This document shows positions 53,045-63,329 of a stretch of 64,000 bases of DNA, in pieces. The position numbers were made by a program, and so were the translations under genes. Source of the DNA: Bacteriovoracaceae bacterium (GTDB taxonomy: Bacteria > Bdellovibrionota > Bacteriovoracia > Bacteriovoracales > Bacteriovoracaceae); assembly GCA_041586955.1 (NCBI GenBank), contig JBFGZE010000007.1, positions 10,341 to 74,340 on the forward strand. The letters are read 5' to 3'. The notes below the pieces were generated by a model. The model searched no databases. It was not told where the DNA came from and was given only the letters and a program-made list of their open reading frames with translations. The stretch's first letter is position 1, and the number at the start of each line of letters is the position of its first letter.

Positions 53045-54013
53045 TTAATAGGGCAGTAGAGCGACGGCGACCTGGTCTAATTGCCATGAGGGGTTTGTGG
53101 AATTGAGGTTTTCACCGTCTAAGAGCCGCTGATAAACGGCAAGATAATCTGCTGTGTGGCGGGCCATGGCGAAATTATCCTCAATATGCTGGCGGATGGC
53201 CTGAGGATCAAAGCTGCGCCCAGGGTCCTGAATTAGCGCTAGAAGCTCTTTTTGATTATGGGCAATAAGCCCAGTCTTTTCGCTGATAAGCTCTGGTAGG
53301 GAGCCGTAAGGGCCGCCAATCACGGGTAGGCCCAGGGCCTGGGCCTCAATAATGGCGATGCCAAAGGGCTCATGCCAGCGCACGGGAAAGAGCAGGCAAT
53401 CGGAGTTTTTGATAATATTAAGTTTATCAGCGCCACCCACCATGCCATAAGAGGTGGTATAGCGAGATGGCCAAATATCACGGCCGCCGGCAATATGAAG
53501 CTCTTTTCGGGCCTGTTTACAGGCCTTGATACAGCCTTTGAGGTTTTTTACCTTCCACGACCCTTTGGCCAAAAAGAGGAACTTCTCCCATGAGAATTGG
53601 CGCTCCTGATAAGGGTATTCGCTTAAATCGAGGGCATTATAAATAAATTGATCACTGCCATGATTGGCGGCATGTTTGCGCGAGACAAAGACGGTATTAA
53701 GAGGAAATTTTTCGCCCTTAACACCATTACCCTGCATGGTCACCAGGGTCGGCAGGTCAAGTTGCACTTGGTAATTATAAAAGAGGTGAACTAGATCAGT
53801 ATCCGCGGGAATTTGTGATTCAATTGGATCTTGAAAGTGCTTTTGGGGAATGAGCTCGATACCATGCTTTTCTACTTGGGAATCGGGATGTCCGATCAGT
53901 ACAACCTTATGGCCTAAGCGCGCGAGCTCTAGCATATGCCAATAAATAATACGTTCGATGCCCCCGTATTTTACCACGGGTAAAGGGTGGGGGTGGTGGA
54001 AAACAATTTTCAT
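53045..54013 (-). CDS. Glycosyltransferase family 4 (GT-B)
   Basis: P...YGGIER, GHKV, W.EPFG.AIIEA.ALG.PVI. Confidence 0.9.
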   Translation of the reverse strand: MKIVFHHPHPLPVVKYGGIERIIYWHMLELARLGHKVVLIGHPDSQVEKHGIELIPQKHFQDPIESQIPADTDLVHLFYNYQVQLDLPTLVTMQGNGVKGEKFPLNTVFVSRKHAANHGSDQFIYNALDLSEYPYQERQFSWEKFLFLAKGSWKVKNLKGCIKACKQARKELHIAGGRDIWPSRYTTSYGMVGGADKLNIIKNSDCLLFPVRWHEPFGIAIIEAQALGLPVIGGPYGSLPELISEKTGLIAHNQKELLALIQDPGRSFDPQAIRQHIEDNFAMARHTADYLAVYQRLLDGENLNSTNPSWQLDQVAVALLPY

Positions 54014-54078
54014 ACTTGGCCATTATGCCAAGGAGTTTATGGTTTTGCTAGTTTTGCTTGGAGGAATGCCAGGCCATT

Positions 54079-57000
54079 TTACCAATGATCACTGAGTTCT
54101 GGAACCTCACCGTCTCTCATACTCCAGATAGGCTCGTTAGTACCGCCAAACTCGCTAGGAAGATCAAAAAACGCTTGAAAATAATGATCGACTAGGCGGT
54201 CAAACCCAGGGGTACCTTGATCGTCGCCAACGAGATCAAACCCTGTGGCGGCGGGGCATTCATAAAGATCTCCTTGGGCGGAAAGTCCTGAGCAAAAGGT
54301 ATCCATATCGTGTGCCGCAACATAATTAATTTCTGTTCCAAATCCCGGTGTGGCATAAGTGGATTCATTAACAATTTCCACATGAAAGACATTGCTTGGT
54401 AAATCGCTACATTCTCCGTCGACGGTGAGAATGCTAGAAGCAAGGCCTTTAATTTCATAATTGGTTTCATTAATTTGGATATGATCACCAGTGTTAAAAG
54501 AGGAGTAACCAGAAAGTCCACCACCACTAATATTAAAATCACAATCTGGGGAGTTTGCAGTGGATGAAGGTAGCGTAGTCTGTTGGTACATCCCGTCGCT
54601 ATTATAGGGGCCATTGATATAATAACTCATTGTTGCAGTGGCCCCTACGCTAGCACCAAATAGACTTCCATATCCAGTTCCATCTTCGCTCGAATCCCAG
54701 CTTCCACTATTACCGATGCAGGAAGATGAGTCCTTACAAATTTTCCCACCACAAGCACTCGCACCACTACAATAACCTCCATATTTGAGGCGACCAGCAA
54801 AGAATGCTTTATCTAAACTTGCGCCGGTACTTTGGGCCTCATTTCCAATAATCCCCCCGATTGCACTACCAGCAGCGACAAAGAGTTCGGCGTATTGTTG
54901 GACGGAAACATTATTTAGGGCGCCGTTTGAATTGTTTTGACCGACGATACCACCAATGTTTGTAGCATTGGAGAGAATTTCCATCCGGCCTGAGAAATTG
55001 GCCTGTTCGACCGTGCCGCTATTAACGCCTGCAATCCCGCCAATCTGATCAGGAGAACCATTATGTTTATCTGAAAGAATATAGGAATAAGATTTCACTT
55101 TGCGAATAACCCCTGAATTACTTCCAGCGATCCCACCGATATGATTTTCACCTGAAACTCCTAGGGCGGTGGAAGCGCGCTCAATAATACCAGTACCCAT
55201 ATTTTTTGCGACAATACCACCGGCATAATTATTAACAGCTTGAAGATCGCCACCAAAGATATCGACATTTTTGATAAGGCCGTAATTGAGATCACCTAAT
55301 GTTCCAATATTATTAAGGCCGCTTATTTTGGCGCCAAATAATTTCAGGTTTTCAATCTTTGTACTGGAATTGGTGTTCCCGATATTAACAAAGAGGCCAC
55401 CTGTTCCGGAAGTTTTTTCCAGGCCGTAGAGAGTGTAATTATCGCCATCAAGGACACCATTAAAATTCCCCGCAGAACTATTAAAGTTTCCAATATAAAT
55501 ATTATTTTGCACTTTAAAATATTTGTCGGCGTTTGATGTAATTTCTTGTAATTGCTTGTGATTACAAAGAATGATGGGGTTTGTTGAATTGGCACCGCGA
55601 CTTAAACTAGAGACCTGATCGGCCACAGAAAGTTGGTTATTCGCCAAAGAGCAAGGTCTTTGAAAATCAAAACTCGCTTCCCAGGCAAAGCGTGGGTAAT
55701 CACCTGAGGTATGAGAGAAAATTGTACTACCTAGGGAACTAATATCTCCCGAATTAAAAGGGGTTGCGGTTGTCAATAAATCATCGTGTGCTATTGTGAC
55801 TGTTCCAGCGGTGCCACCTAGATTTGTGACCTCACTTGGGGAGTAGGTTACCGTAGTTGAGCCCACGCCTGTTAATTCACCTATTTTACAATTCGCTGGC
55901 GTGGAATAGGAGCAATTATGAGAGATCTTCCCTCTGAAAATACCCTTTTGGACTGTCCCTGATGACATATTTCCTATGGCGCCACCCACTTGTGCTGGAA
56001 AGGACGTTACTGGAGTACAAAATCCATCATCCAGAAAATAATCCGAATGAATTTGGGCATTGACATAAAATTGTTGAATCGTTCCACCTTGTTGGCGACC
56101 GGCAATTCCGCCGACTTCTCGACCTGAGGCATTGAGGCTGCCGCTAAAATAAACTTCTTGGATTGTTGCCGTTCCATCATTGTCGCCAGTAATCCCACCA
56201 GTGTATATAATGTCTGGTGCACAGCTTCCTCCTCCCCCGCGGGATTCATTGGAAACTTCGGCAGAAACACCGACTTGACTAATACTGCCCGATCCATAAT
56301 TTCGACCGGCAATACCACCTGTATAATGACCTCTGCCTTCAACTTCACCATGGTGAAAAAGGGAGAGCGAGATTACTCCGTCATTTTCTCCAGCAATACC
56401 ACCTATAAAAGACATTTGAGGGGCTCCGCCATTATTCTCACTTTCGACCACTCCTTCTATGACTTTTACATTGCTAATATTTCCGCTACTCGCTCCTGCG
56501 ATACTGCCAACGTAAAATTTTCCTTTAATCATGGGCCTATAAAGAGTGAGATTTTTAACAAATCCAGTACTGCCAAGCTTACGGAAAAGTCCTATATATT
56601 GAAGATCATCAAATTCAGAAGAGAGATAGGAAATGGTTTTATTATTGCCATAAAAAGTTCCATCATAAGATGTGGGAGTGGTAATCCAGGCGGAGCAGGT
56701 GGGAGCATCTGTAGCAATACCGCCCCAAGGGATAAAATTTCCACCGAGATCAACACAGTCGAGACTGGCGGCATTAGGACGGCCCTGGATATGTTCTCGC
56801 ATATCAAGATTATTATGGAGACGGAAATTTTTGGTATTGAGTCCTGCAGATAGATCACCTGCTAAATTTAATTGATTTGAATGGCAAATGGCGTAAGGGT
56901 TATAAAGACTGCCATCTCCGGCAGACCAACCCAGGCCAATATTATGTTGACTAATTCCACAAACCTCACTATCGGGAAGGTGTGTGAAAAGGTGGTATTC

Positions 57001-57858
57001 CTCTATGCTACTATTGGTAAACGTCCAGCCTTTAGTGCCTAAAAGATTAGTGCCATTAGGCGCATGCAGGCCATCGCTAAATACCCAATCTTTAAAACCA
57101 TTAGTGCCGGCACAGGCGTTATCAAGATAGCCTTTAATGATCGTTTTAAAAGGAGCTGCGCCATTATTCCCTTGCAGGATTTGGGGGTAATCAGCTGGAA
57201 CTCCAATGGTTGGGACTGAACCAGTGCCTACAATAAGACAGGCGGATTCGATAAATGAATTATCAACAGAGATATTACCCACGTCACCAGCGGTGAAGGA
57301 GTGGTATTGAACTTTAAAAGATTGAATCGCACCTTTTTCTTCATTATTACAGGCGGTTACTGAAGGGGGAGTGACATTAACATTGGTCATGTCTCGGCAA
57401 GTACTGAGATTGAAGGCCGGAAAATCGACCGGCTCGGTATATCCTGTTCCGATATAGTCATAGCTTGATGGGGTGAATTGAACGTCAGCACAATTGGCAT
57501 TATTAATGGTTAAATTAATCGCCGCCTCTTCACCCTGCAGGTCGATACCTTGAACCAGGCCACATTTAATATCGCCAGTGAGATCATAGGCACCATTACC
57601 TTCCCACCCCACAACATAAAAGTCCCAAACACCACGATTGAGTTCTAATTGGAGAGAGGAATTATGGCCAGAAAGGTTATAAGCAAATTTATCGCCGCCA
57701 CGTTTACCCCAAAGCATGGCACCACCATTAAACACGGTGAAGTCACCACCGATAGCACCTAAAATAAAATTGAGGTTGGCCTTGGTTTTGGCCTTTTTTC
57801 CCGAGCACGACGAGAGTAGAGCGGAGATTAAGAGAATCAATAAAAAAGGTGTTTTCAT
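54079..57858 (-). CDS. Giant lipoprotein with GLUG-type (GG[IL][AV]G) repeats
   Basis: Lipobox LSSC; many GGIAG.N repeats; two 'NP..IC...QL...F...N...F.G...G' module starts. Confidence 0.85.
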   Translation of the reverse strand: MKTPFLLILLISALLSSCSGKKAKTKANLNFILGAIGGDFTVFNGGAMLWGKRGGDKFAYNLSGHNSSLQLELNRGVWDFYVVGWEGNGAYDLTGDIKCGLVQGIDLQGEEAAINLTINNANCADVQFTPSSYDYIGTGYTEPVDFPAFNLSTCRDMTNVNVTPPSVTACNNEEKGAIQSFKVQYHSFTAGDVGNISVDNSFIESACLIVGTGSVPTIGVPADYPQILQGNNGAAPFKTIIKGYLDNACAGTNGFKDWVFSDGLHAPNGTNLLGTKGWTFTNSSIEEYHLFTHLPDSEVCGISQHNIGLGWSAGDGSLYNPYAICHSNQLNLAGDLSAGLNTKNFRLHNNLDMREHIQGRPNAASLDCVDLGGNFIPWGGIATDAPTCSAWITTPTSYDGTFYGNNKTISYLSSEFDDLQYIGLFRKLGSTGFVKNLTLYRPMIKGKFYVGSIAGASSGNISNVKVIEGVVESENNGGAPQMSFIGGIAGENDGVISLSLFHHGEVEGRGHYTGGIAGRNYGSGSISQVGVSAEVSNESRGGGGSCAPDIIYTGGITGDNDGTATIQEVYFSGSLNASGREVGGIAGRQQGGTIQQFYVNAQIHSDYFLDDGFCTPVTSFPAQVGGAIGNMSSGTVQKGIFRGKISHNCSYSTPANCKIGELTGVGSTTVTYSPSEVTNLGGTAGTVTIAHDDLLTTATPFNSGDISSLGSTIFSHTSGDYPRFAWEASFDFQRPCSLANNQLSVADQVSSLSRGANSTNPIILCNHKQLQEITSNADKYFKVQNNIYIGNFNSSAGNFNGVLDGDNYTLYGLEKTSGTGGLFVNIGNTNSSTKIENLKLFGAKISGLNNIGTLGDLNYGLIKNVDIFGGDLQAVNNYAGGIVAKNMGTGIIERASTALGVSGENHIGGIAGSNSGVIRKVKSYSYILSDKHNGSPDQIGGIAGVNSGTVEQANFSGRMEILSNATNIGGIVGQNNSNGALNNVSVQQYAELFVAAGSAIGGIIGNEAQSTGASLDKAFFAGRLKYGGYCSGASACGGKICKDSSSCIGNSGSWDSSEDGTGYGSLFGASVGATATMSYYINGPYNSDGMYQQTTLPSSTANSPDCDFNISGGGLSGYSSFNTGDHIQINETNYEIKGLASSILTVDGECSDLPSNVFHVEIVNESTYATPGFGTEINYVAAHDMDTFCSGLSAQGDLYECPAATGFDLVGDDQGTPGFDRLVDHYFQAFFDLPSEFGGTNEPIWSMRDGEVPELSDHW

Positions 57859-57892
57859 AACTCACCAAGCTGTTAGGTTATATGTCCCTATT

Positions 57893-57919
57893 TTATCGGT
57901 TTTTGGGGAAAAAAACTTA
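57893..57919 (-). promoter_or_regulatory. Sigma28-type promoter
   Basis: Minus strand TAAG-N15-ACCGATAA. Confidence 0.65.
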
Positions 57920-58003
57920 AGGTGTTGAAAGTTGGTGCAGGCCCCATTGAAGTGGTTTAGAAATTGCCAGATTTTATGGCCACTTCATGGGAAATATTAT
58001 GGC

Positions 58004-61000
58004 CTACTCAATAATTTGATCGACATTAAAGTTATGAATGAAATAGCGTTCGATCTGAAGCTCTGGATAACCAATACCTTCTTTAATGGTCCATTTGCTA
58101 TTAAAGTCGAGACCACTATAGCTGGCCTCAGCATATGGGGAGGAAATCGCAGTTGTGGAATAAAGACCGCTATCGGAATAATTGCCAGAGAAGCTTGAAG
58201 GAGAGCCTTCCCCAATTATTTCATCACCGCCTCCGATGCTAAAGGTTTGTCCAGAAACATAAGAGCCCGATAAACTACCAGATAACCAAATACCCATTAC
58301 ACCACCACCCTTGATAGTCGCTGTAATATCACTTCCCGAGTAAGAGTCTTGAATGCCGCCGCCATTCGCTTTACCGATTAGGCCTCCGACTTTATCGTTT
58401 CCAGAAACGGTATTATTGCGAGAATAAGTTTGTTCTAGTAGGCCGGCATTGGCACCTGTTACGCCACCAACATAATCATAACCCGTGACATTTGCATAAT
58501 TACCAGCGCCAAAAAGGATCGTTGAAGTTCCTTGATTACCAAGGATACCGCCGACATTATTATTGCCTGTGACGGTTCCATTGTTGACCAGGTGGGAGAT
58601 AGTGACGGTTGGACCGCCATTATTAAGAAATTGCCCGGCGATTCCTCCGACATTATTATTACCTACAACTGTCGCTAAACTTTTGATTTGGAAAATAACA
58701 CCTTGATCATTGCGAATATTGATTTTACCAAAAACCCCGCCGACCTGATCATTGCCATTGGCAGAAGAGTTGCTGTCAATAAAGACACTAGTAACGTTAT
58801 TGGCGGTATGCTCAATAGAGCTATCGGCGTTTTCGACCCTGCCAGCAAGGGTACCGACATTATTGACACCGGTCATATTAATATTATCTAAATATAGGGA
58901 GAAGAATTTTTTATTATGATGATCATAATGCATAATGTTTCCGCCACCCTCATTTAAGCTTGAGCCAAGAACACGGATGAGACCCACATCATTATAATTT
59001 AAGTTATAGTTAACATTGCGAATGGTATAACCATTGCCCATGAGTGTTCCTTTAAATTCTGCTGCCGTGGCATCTTCACCACCCCAAGGAATAAAGGAAT
59101 TCACTAAACTAAAATCCAAGTCGTTTTTAAGAATATAGACCCGTCCTAGTAAATGAGCATGATCCGCAACAGCATTCCATTGATTGGGATGGGTAAGCTC
59201 AAAGGGTTCAAGATGGGTACCAAGGCGCGGTCCACCTAGGGCGATAATAGGGTCATGCCAAACGTGAGTGGGAGCACTCGAGGAGGTTAAGTTCCAATCG
59301 GCGTCCAAGAAATTGGTAAAGGTTGTGGCGTTATTGATATTGGTAGGAACCGTACTCGAAAGACCGGTAACAGCAGAGTAGAGATTCGAGGCAATAGGGG
59401 TTGTTGGGTTAGCGCCAAAATCATGATTTTGCGAAGATCCTCCACCACTTAGGGTGACGTTGGAATAGGACAAGGTTATCGAGGAAGTTGAGCCAGGGGT
59501 GATGCCAACTAGGCCACCGGTATTAGAGCTGGTGCCAGAAATTGTACCCAGACTATAAGATTGAGTCAGGACGGAACCATCCATTTTACCGACTAGGCCA
59601 CCGACATTTGAGGTTCCTGAGATATTTGCGATGTTCGCTGAATGAGAAATGGAGCTGGCGGACGTTAAGCTGCCCGCGAGGCCTCCGACATAGGTGCCGC
59701 TGGCGGGAGAAACATCTCCAGAGTTATGAGAAAATAAAATAGTGCCAGAACTGCCACTGACCGCTCCAGCGATACCGGCAATTTCATTACCATTACCGCC
59801 AATGATTCCGGAATTAAATGCATAGGAAATTTCCCCATTGCTAGAACCGGCGATGCCGCCGATTTTATCACCGCTCGCTGAGCTAATATTAATTTCATTG
59901 ATCACCCACGTTGCCTTGCCAGAAACGATTGTACCAACTATTCCGCCGGCCTCTAAATAACCAGATTTATCAACTTGCATGGTACCCGTCGCGCGTGCCA
60001 TCGCTAAAACAGCATTATTAACGATCATTCCGACGATTCCACCTACCTGGTTTATGTTAGGGCCAACGATATTGACTGCCGCCTTTACATCATAAACTTC
60101 AACAGAGGCCCCATCGATTGTTCCGACAATTCCGCCGATCTTGGCACCAGCTAAATTTGCTGACCCGTCGAAATTTAAAACCTCTGCTTGGATTAATTGG
60201 CTTCCGGTTAAGCTGTCAGACATATATCCAATAATGCCTCCCAATTTATCGAGACTGGTATTGGAATTGTTCACGACAACGTCATTGACAGTAGCATCGC
60301 CTAAGGTGCAACCATTACTAACATATCCAATGATGCCTCCGATCCCATAATGGGCGGCAGATTGTGAGTCGTTAATGGTGATTAATTGGGCCTTCGCACC
60401 CATGATCTCACTGGAACCATAGCATTTGCCAATCAGCCCTCCGATACTATGGGCTGCTCCGGCCGCGGTGATATCGATAGTGATATTATCAAACTCCATA
60501 TGATCAATTGTCGCGCCGTTAACATAACCAAAAAAACCTTGGCCTGAGCTTGCCGCCTGGATATCGAGATTTTTAATTAATTTATGGTTACCATTAAAGG
60601 TGCCAGTGAAAGGATTTCCTGAATTGCCAATGGGGGTGTGAGGCGCATTGGCCATATCTAAATCGGCCATTAAAATATAATCATAAGTTTCATGGGCCGT
60701 ATTTGCCATAATTTGGTCTAATTGCGCTCGAGTACAAATATAATTATAACCAGAAATATCAACAGTGCCTTGGGCATAAGGGGAATTGGTTAATGCGGCA
60801 CCAGTACAATAATTATCATTGCGCATAAAAACGCCAATTTTATCATCCATGAAATCGACGCGTGCGCGATCGGTGATTCCTGAGTGTAGGTTATTGGCGA
60901 AATGAAAAACTTCGCTTTGACCAGCACATCCTAGTTGACTATGAAGAGTAATTTCAAAGGGAACAGCGGTACTATCAAATTTTTCGAAGATAGGAACAAA

Positions 61001-61585
61001 CATACCTGTATCATGAGGGAGCGAGGGGATAATTTTACAACCCGAGCTTAAACCTGAACCGCCAAATAGTCCTGATTCGGGTAATCGTAAGGTATAGCTT
61101 TGGGCATTGCCGGGAATACATTCATTAACATCAATACCTTTGATATCACCATCATTGGCGCAATGAAAAAGTCGTAGGGGCTTAAATTGGTCATTACTCC
61201 CACGCGATAAACGCGGGCCAAAAAGGGGATTATGGCAACCAGCGGTGGAGAGAGTGAGATTAATATTGGTATCATCACCAATGAGATCAAGGCCTTCAAT
61301 ATGGCCACAACGAGAGGTACCGGTAAAGGCACTCGCACCGCTCCAGCCGATTGCGGCAAAACTCCAATTGCCATTATTTAATTCTAAATTGCCATCTGCT
61401 ATGGTGGTGATGGCGCGGGCGAAAAATTCCCCACCAGAATTATTTTTCCCATAGAGCATCAGGCCACCAGTTTGTCCGGCGATTAAACCGCCAAGAACTA
61501 GCTTGGTATTCGTTTTATCTCCGCGCTTTTTGCCACTGCAAGATGTGAAGGTAATGAGAATAATAATGATCGAAATGAGTTTCAC
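58004..61585 (-). CDS. Giant lipoprotein with GLUG-type repeats (paralog of neighbour)
   Basis: GTG start, lipobox FTSC, GGIVG/GGLVG repeats; N-terminal domain visibly similar to 54079..57858. Confidence 0.85.
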   Translation of the reverse strand: MKLISIIIILITFTSCSGKKRGDKTNTKLVLGGLIAGQTGGLMLYGKNNSGGEFFARAITTIADGNLELNNGNWSFAAIGWSGASAFTGTSRCGHIEGLDLIGDDTNINLTLSTAGCHNPLFGPRLSRGSNDQFKPLRLFHCANDGDIKGIDVNECIPGNAQSYTLRLPESGLFGGSGLSSGCKIIPSLPHDTGMFVPIFEKFDSTAVPFEITLHSQLGCAGQSEVFHFANNLHSGITDRARVDFMDDKIGVFMRNDNYCTGAALTNSPYAQGTVDISGYNYICTRAQLDQIMANTAHETYDYILMADLDMANAPHTPIGNSGNPFTGTFNGNHKLIKNLDIQAASSGQGFFGYVNGATIDHMEFDNITIDITAAGAAHSIGGLIGKCYGSSEIMGAKAQLITINDSQSAAHYGIGGIIGYVSNGCTLGDATVNDVVVNNSNTSLDKLGGIIGYMSDSLTGSQLIQAEVLNFDGSANLAGAKIGGIVGTIDGASVEVYDVKAAVNIVGPNINQVGGIVGMIVNNAVLAMARATGTMQVDKSGYLEAGGIVGTIVSGKATWVINEINISSASGDKIGGIAGSSNGEISYAFNSGIIGGNGNEIAGIAGAVSGSSGTILFSHNSGDVSPASGTYVGGLAGSLTSASSISHSANIANISGTSNVGGLVGKMDGSVLTQSYSLGTISGTSSNTGGLVGITPGSTSSITLSYSNVTLSGGGSSQNHDFGANPTTPIASNLYSAVTGLSSTVPTNINNATTFTNFLDADWNLTSSSAPTHVWHDPIIALGGPRLGTHLEPFELTHPNQWNAVADHAHLLGRVYILKNDLDFSLVNSFIPWGGEDATAAEFKGTLMGNGYTIRNVNYNLNYNDVGLIRVLGSSLNEGGGNIMHYDHHNKKFFSLYLDNINMTGVNNVGTLAGRVENADSSIEHTANNVTSVFIDSNSSANGNDQVGGVFGKINIRNDQGVIFQIKSLATVVGNNNVGGIAGQFLNNGGPTVTISHLVNNGTVTGNNNVGGILGNQGTSTILFGAGNYANVTGYDYVGGVTGANAGLLEQTYSRNNTVSGNDKVGGLIGKANGGGIQDSYSGSDITATIKGGGVMGIWLSGSLSGSYVSGQTFSIGGGDEIIGEGSPSSFSGNYSDSGLYSTTAISSPYAEASYSGLDFNSKWTIKEGIGYPELQIERYFIHNFNVDQIIE

Positions 61586-61622
61586 AACAATAACCCCTAT
61601 TCAAGGAAACTTAACAAATATT

Positions 61623-61649
61623 TTATCGGAAGCTTGGAGAATTTATTTA
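61623..61649 (-). promoter_or_regulatory. Sigma28-type promoter
   Basis: Minus strand TAAA-N15-TCCGATAA. Confidence 0.7.
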
Positions 61650-61781
61650 AGGTATTGATTATAGGAATGCTCTCAAGGGCCAGGCAGATTATGACTGCCC
61701 ATAAAAATAGGGCAAAATTTCTTATGATCAGGTACTTAGCTCCGATATGTGAAGAGAGCGTGATAAACCAGGGTTTTTGCT

Positions 61782-63320
61782 ATGAAATTGATCTTCTCTA
61801 TTGTCCTTTCCGTCTTGATAAGTTCGGCCTATTGCCAGACTCGAAATAAAATTAATCAAGTGGGGAGTATTGGAGCTGAGGTTATCAGCGACCTGGATGT
61901 TTATGATTTTATCGAATACACACTTTTACCCGATACTTTTAAAGGCGAGGTTTTTAACAAATCTCATCAAGATATCAAAGCTTATAAAAAGGCCTTGGCC
62001 CATGAAATGGAAGTCTATTTTCCGAAGGCCTTGCGTCGCTTGATGTATATGAAACTTCTCAAATATCACGCCTTAAAAGTTCAACAAAAGGCCGGCAAAC
62101 ATCGCTCTTTTTTTAATACCACAAAAGAGGATCTATTCCACGCTCTTCAAAAGCGAGAAGATGAGGTTCTTAAAGCACTTTTAGATAAGGGCAAGGGAAT
62201 TAAAAAGGCGCGCCTTGAATATGGTAATTTTCTTAAAAAGCATTATTTTCCGCACCAAGTGGGCGAGTCGTCCGCGGATATTTATATGCGTTGGTATGAA
62301 TCGGAAAAAAAACGGCTACGCAATCAGTTTTTGATTGAGGAAAGTGTGGAGTATGAAAAATATCAAATCGCCCGCGGTATGACTGATAAGACCAAATTTT
62401 CAATTGAACTTTGGGATTTTTACAATAATCAAAAGAAATTAATTGAGCGCGATTTAAAGGGCAAGGTTATTTCCTCCAATGAAATGAACCAATTTTTTCA
62501 TTTTTATCCAGAAAGTAAATTAATTCTTAAAAAAATCAAGCATCAAACTATCGCCAATACAAACCTCAATGAATATTTCAAAATACACCCAAACGATAAA
62601 GATATTGTTTTCGCAGGTCTACATCACCATCTCTCCAAAGGACCGAAAGCAATATTTAAACAATGGCAATCCTATGAACAAAAAATTCATCAATTGGCGA
62701 TGAAATACCCAAAGAAGGCGGAATTAGAAGAGCGACGAGTGAAAGCGCTCGGTCACTATAGTGGCGGTGGCAATTACGAATCATTGGCCTTGTCCAAGCT
62801 GTACGAAGCGGCCGCCGCTTATAAAACTTTTAAAAAAGTTGGTCAGAAACTTGTTAAGCGGCATAAAGATAGTTATTTTGAAATTCATAAGCAATTATTG
62901 GGGGCCATTAAGTCCAAGCATTTTTTAACAAATAAGCACTATGCCAAGATGAAATTAGACCAAGCGGTGATGGCATGGCTAACTGAGGAATGGCTAGATT
63001 TTAATGAAGTACAGTCTCTTTATGAAGAATCCCTATTAGGCCTAGGGCTATGGTTTATACAATTTGAAACCATTAAATGGGTTAAAGATCAAAAAGTTAA
63101 ACCTCAATTAGAATTAAAAACCTATGGCGACGCTGAGACTATCAAATTATTGAAAGGACATCTTTTGCGCAAAAAGCATGATGAAAACCTGAAGGTCTTT
63201 AAGCATAAGACCTTAAAGTTTTATGCCAATATCTTGGCGATCAATCATCATAGTGTTGGTACTCAATCTGGTTTGGATGCCTTTAAATGGATCATAGGAA
63301 AAGATCCTGCACATCAATAA
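61782..63320 (+). CDS. Secreted helical hypothetical protein
   Basis: Signal peptide; 512-aa Lys-rich ORF. Confidence 0.7.
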   Translation: MKLIFSIVLSVLISSAYCQTRNKINQVGSIGAEVISDLDVYDFIEYTLLPDTFKGEVFNKSHQDIKAYKKALAHEMEVYFPKALRRLMYMKLLKYHALKVQQKAGKHRSFFNTTKEDLFHALQKREDEVLKALLDKGKGIKKARLEYGNFLKKHYFPHQVGESSADIYMRWYESEKKRLRNQFLIEESVEYEKYQIARGMTDKTKFSIELWDFYNNQKKLIERDLKGKVISSNEMNQFFHFYPESKLILKKIKHQTIANTNLNEYFKIHPNDKDIVFAGLHHHLSKGPKAIFKQWQSYEQKIHQLAMKYPKKAELEERRVKALGHYSGGGNYESLALSKLYEAAAAYKTFKKVGQKLVKRHKDSYFEIHKQLLGAIKSKHFLTNKHYAKMKLDQAVMAWLTEEWLDFNEVQSLYEESLLGLGLWFIQFETIKWVKDQKVKPQLELKTYGDAETIKLLKGHLLRKKHDENLKVFKHKTLKFYANILAINHHSVGTQSGLDAFKWIIGKDPAHQ

Positions 63321-63329
63321 CTGGTGTAT

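Noticed and set aside
56158..56853. 231-aa plus-strand ORF inside the GLUG lipoprotein gene
   Set aside because: Antisense shadow of Gly-rich repetitive coding sequence; no SD or recognisable motif
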